NCBI RefSeq assembly: GCF_018977255.1 | Contig: NW_024704743.1 | Coordinates: 3,660,001-3,724,000, forward strand | Reading direction: 5' to 3' | Source of the DNA: Callorhinchus milii | Lineage: Eukaryota | Length of the DNA stretch: 64,000 nucleotides | In this document: piece by piece, positions 60,394 to 64,000 of the stretch | Numbering within the stretch: position 1 is the stretch's first letter | How the letters are laid out: the number at the start of each line of letters is the position of its first letter | Made by a program: the position numbers and the translations under genes | Notes under the pieces: model-generated | What the model saw: only the letters and a program-made list of their open reading frames with translations | The model's database searches: none | Told to the model about the DNA's origin: nothing

Positions 60394-61167
60394 GCATATG
60401 TACGCTATCGCCTATGTGATTGTCTATATATTTTATAAACTATAGCCCACATGCTTTACACACAATAAACAAATGTTTACGTGCTTGAATACTATTCGAA
60501 AAGATCATTCATTTTCTACTTTGCAGTCTGCTGCGTTTTTATATGCCATAGCTTATGTGATTTGTATATTTATAAACCGTATTTTCGAATATAGTGGTTT
60601 CCAACAAAAGTAGAGCATTCATCCATCAAATCCATCCACCAAACTTCCAAAAAGATCCCTTTGGCAGATCTACTTCATCATCTGATAACCCTGAATCCAT
60701 TTAATTTCCTGGAACCTGTCTAGTTCCTTTTTAGATCCTTTACAGTTCCTTGTTTCAACTGCTTGCCTTTGGGTAGGATTGGATTTAATTTTACGCAGAG
60801 ACTGGTGAATATGTGGAATAGATTACCCAGGGAGGCAGATGGGACAGATTGTGTCAGCAGGTTCAAGAGCAAATGAGATAGCTGTGTGGCTAAGAATTAA
60901 ATTGAGGGGCATGAGAAAAAAATGGGGAACAGAAACCGCCATCAACTCTTCGTTGAATATTCAACTGATAGAGATAACCACGATAATAAAAACAATGTCA
61001 AAGCACTTCACAGGATATACTGTAGAGTGTAACAGTTGTGTATCTGTGGGCAAATCCGGCAGCCAACGCTAGTACAGCAGTGTCCCACAAAAAGCCATGA
61101 AATGAATGACCAATTTTATCTGAGGGATTATTGGCTAGGACATCAGGAGAAATTGCCTTCTCGTTTA

Positions 61168-61545
61168 AGAACATAAGAACATAAGAAATGCGAGACGAAA
61201 AAAGACCAAGGTCCCCATCTAGTTCGCTTCCCACCTTCCCGGCGGTCGCATGCACATATGTCCCAAACCAACCACGTACTACATCCCGTAATGTTATTTC
61301 CTAAAAGAAAACTATCGAATCTGTGTTTGAAAGAATCAACACCTCCTGCTCCAGCCGTCTGTCTCCCCAGGGAGCCTGTTCCACAGGTTCTCTATTCGCT
61401 CACTGAAATAGTGTTTGCGTAGATTGGTTCTGAATTTCCCCCCACTTCAATCGCAGGCCGTGTCCTCTGGTTTTACTATTCTGGACAAGTTGAAACAGCC
61501 TCTCATGATCTATATTGTCTTGCCACGTTAGAATCTTAAAGACAG
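61168..61545 (-). mobile_element. CR1 3' end with (aagaacat)n terminal repeat
   Basis: taagaacataagaacataagaa followed by ctgttccacagg...gtgtttgcg...gtgtcctctggtt. Confidence 0.75.
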
Positions 61546-62199
61546 CAAATTGTCGTCGGGCGGTTTAAGTACTAAATTAGCGCTTTGCGAGATGTATCTT
61601 ATGCCTGAATCCAGCCGTTGTCTTGGTCTTGCTATCCCGTTTGCTTTCTGCACCTCGTTGCTTTCCGGAGTTTCGGAATTAGATGATCGATTAGTGCCGA
61701 ATTATGGTCAGCGTTGGGCTGTGGAAATAGCACCCACTCAGAAGTGATTGAGACAACCAGACACATTTCACTTTCGACCTTTCCAGCTGTCAGGGAGAGC
61801 AAGCTTTCATTTCATCAACTCAGGTTTAATTCAAACCCAAGTCACATTTCTGGCAGGAGATCACCATCTAACACACTGACTCACCCATTGCCCCCAGCAC
61901 ATAAAATTATTCTGCAGGTGAAATTATATATGCAGTGTATACTCTCCAGTTCTGTTTCTTTTGTATAAGATGAGAAAGTTCTGTTGGCATTATTTAAATC
62001 AATTCCATTCTGGACGCTGGATTGCGAATTTCCGAAGTGGGCTTTTTGTGTGGTTTGAAAGTTTCCAACCAAGCCTTGAACTCATAGTTTAAACCAAGCG
62101 CTGCACTTATGGAGCATCGCTATGTTTTGTTGGCAGTGACATTCTTTGAAATTATTATTAATAATAATAAATAATAACAATAATCCTCGCGATTGATTA

Positions 62200-62660
62200 A
62201 ATGCCTTTCACAACAATTTACTCTTCATATAGGATAACACCTCGGACCACTTCACAGTGGCGAGGGGTAGTGACTATGGGCGTGGATGAAGAGGTAGGTT
62301 TTCAGATGGGATATTTAAAGGCAGATAGAGAGGCATGGAGGCGTGGGGAGGTGGGGGGGGGCGCAGAGACAGGGAGTTCTAGATATTAAGGGGTTAGTGA
62401 CTGAAAGCTCAGCCACTGATGGTGGCATAGAAGGGGAGGGAGATGAGCACAAGGTCCATGTCAGCTGAGTGGAGCAGGTGAGCAGAGGAATAAGGTTTGA
62501 GAAGATCAGAGAGATGCGAGGGGAGATTGAGGTTTATACTTGAGAGTGAGGACTTTGCCGTTGATTCTTTGAGAGCCAGGGAGCCTGGTGAGGACTGGGG
62601 TGATGGTCATGTGGAGCTTGGTACGGGTGAGGATCAGCACAGCAGAGTTTTGGATAACCG
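62200..62660 (-). mobile_element. Old L2 3' fragment
   Basis: gggagttctag...ctgaaagctcagccactgatggtgg...gcagagttttggata, homologous to the L2 copies. Confidence 0.65.
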
Positions 62661-63311
62661 TAGCACTATGATTTTGTCTCTATGTAAAAAGCCTACCAAT
62701 TCCTTCTTAGATTGCCAAAGAACGAGGCCGTTTACAAGTCTCAAAAATTACTCTCACTCTCCCACCAATATTTGAGGGTGTTTTTTTTTGGGGGGGGGAA
62801 TTTTGTGCCACCAAATGCAAAATATGTATTTCTACAGATTTTGACAAGGATTGGGCATCTCTATAAAATGCTCCTGTTCCTCCTTCTCTTGGCTGTCACT
62901 TTGATACTGTCAGTGGGAATTCAATCAGATAGAAGATGTCTCCTGACCCACATACACTTGAATTTCTGTCAATCGCAGTGAAGCATCAAGCTCAACTCAA
63001 TGATAAGCGTTCTCCTTATCTGAAACCAGAGACACGCATTATTTCTGCTTAAAAATATTGAACGCTATTATATATAATAATTATACACATTACAAAATTG
63101 CTCGAGTTTCCGGCCAGCGGTGCAGTTCTCTTTGAGATACCCTGGCCAACAATTTCCCAAATAAAATCGCTCATTTGTTTCATGGCTGCTTGTGGCCTGT
63201 TACTGTCTACGCACCATTCTACTTCCATGTTTGCTTACAAGTGCACAGTCACTCCGCTTCACAATAAATCCCATGAAGCACTTTGGGATGACCTCCTGTT
63301 GTGAAAGTGGA

Positions 63312-63610
63312 ACACTGTAAAGTGAATTGACTGTCTATTTTGTGGATGAAACACGGTAGCCAATTGCGCACGGCAGTGTCCCACAAGTCGTGGATTGAGT
63401 GACCAAATTATTATTTTTTTTTAGGGATTATTATCCCTGCAAAAGCGATCCGCCAATCGACTAACAACCGGGTTCCTACTTACCACTAGGTAAACAGAGG
63501 CGTGTGGAGTAAGGAAACTTGGCCAACATTTTGCCCTGCCCGGGAATCAAACCCTTTTGGGTCTTTTGTTTGCGAGGCGAGTGCTCTAACCACTGAGCTA
63601 CAGGGCTCCA
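63312..63610 (-). mobile_element. Young SINE lacking its 3' tail
   Basis: ctgtaaagtgaattgactg...gcgaggcgagtgctctaaccactgagctacagggctcc. Confidence 0.92.
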
Positions 63611-64000
63611 CTAGTCTGGGTCTGACATTTGAAATGACCCGATCTCCCTCTGTCTCGCCCTTCTCTCTATGTCTGGCTCGAATCCCACAAATCCTACCAC
63701 TTCAAGTGCGCCACTTCCACTTCCTCCCCCAGCCGTCCCTTCCTTGATTCCCAGAGTTTTCATTCTCAACAGCACCATCCCTCATCACTGAATAGCTCCT
63801 GAAAGAAGAACAACTTGCAATTACATAGCGCCCTTCACCTAGGATAGTGTCTCAGAATGCTTTACAGTGAGATGGAAATCCCACAAGCCTTACTTACTCA
63901 TATAAATTGTTGGAGAATGTATCCATCCACTCTTCCGCATCCCTCTACAATGACCTCGAGCCTCTTTGTTGGAACTGCAGCAAGGGACGAAAACAGTTTT

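Noticed and set aside
505..63610. Recurrent ~30-bp words (ccttgcatttgatatagcgcc) as a CRISPR-like array
   Set aside because: Dispersed on both strands at irregular kb spacing as SINE tails; eukaryotic context; no cas genes.

Overview
Eukaryotic, repeat-rich, non-coding DNA (intronic or intergenic). The repeat repertoire points to a cartilaginous fish, probably a chimaera or elephant-shark-like genome; this is inference from recalled repeat families, not a search. No host protein-coding gene, rRNA, true tRNA or CRISPR array is supported. The window holds more than 25 copies or fragments of a young tRNA(Ala)-headed SINE with an (ATT)n tail, many older Deu-domain (SacSINE1-like) SINEs, and scattered CR1 fragments. 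It also holds L2-clade LINEs with (GTT)n tails, including a 2.7-kb 5'-truncated, frameshifted copy (35823-38509) carrying APE and RT domains. Points worth follow-up: several long imperfect palindromes in otherwise unique AT-rich DNA (best 12351-12550, MER121-like), a decayed SWIM-finger transposon-like relic, a local inverted duplication at 16070-16368, L2 target-site duplications that overlap the element's own tail repeat, the modular build of the young SINE, and three weak, phase-compatible minus-strand exon candidates. Most coordinates of old repeats are approximate. I see no clearly novel biological system.
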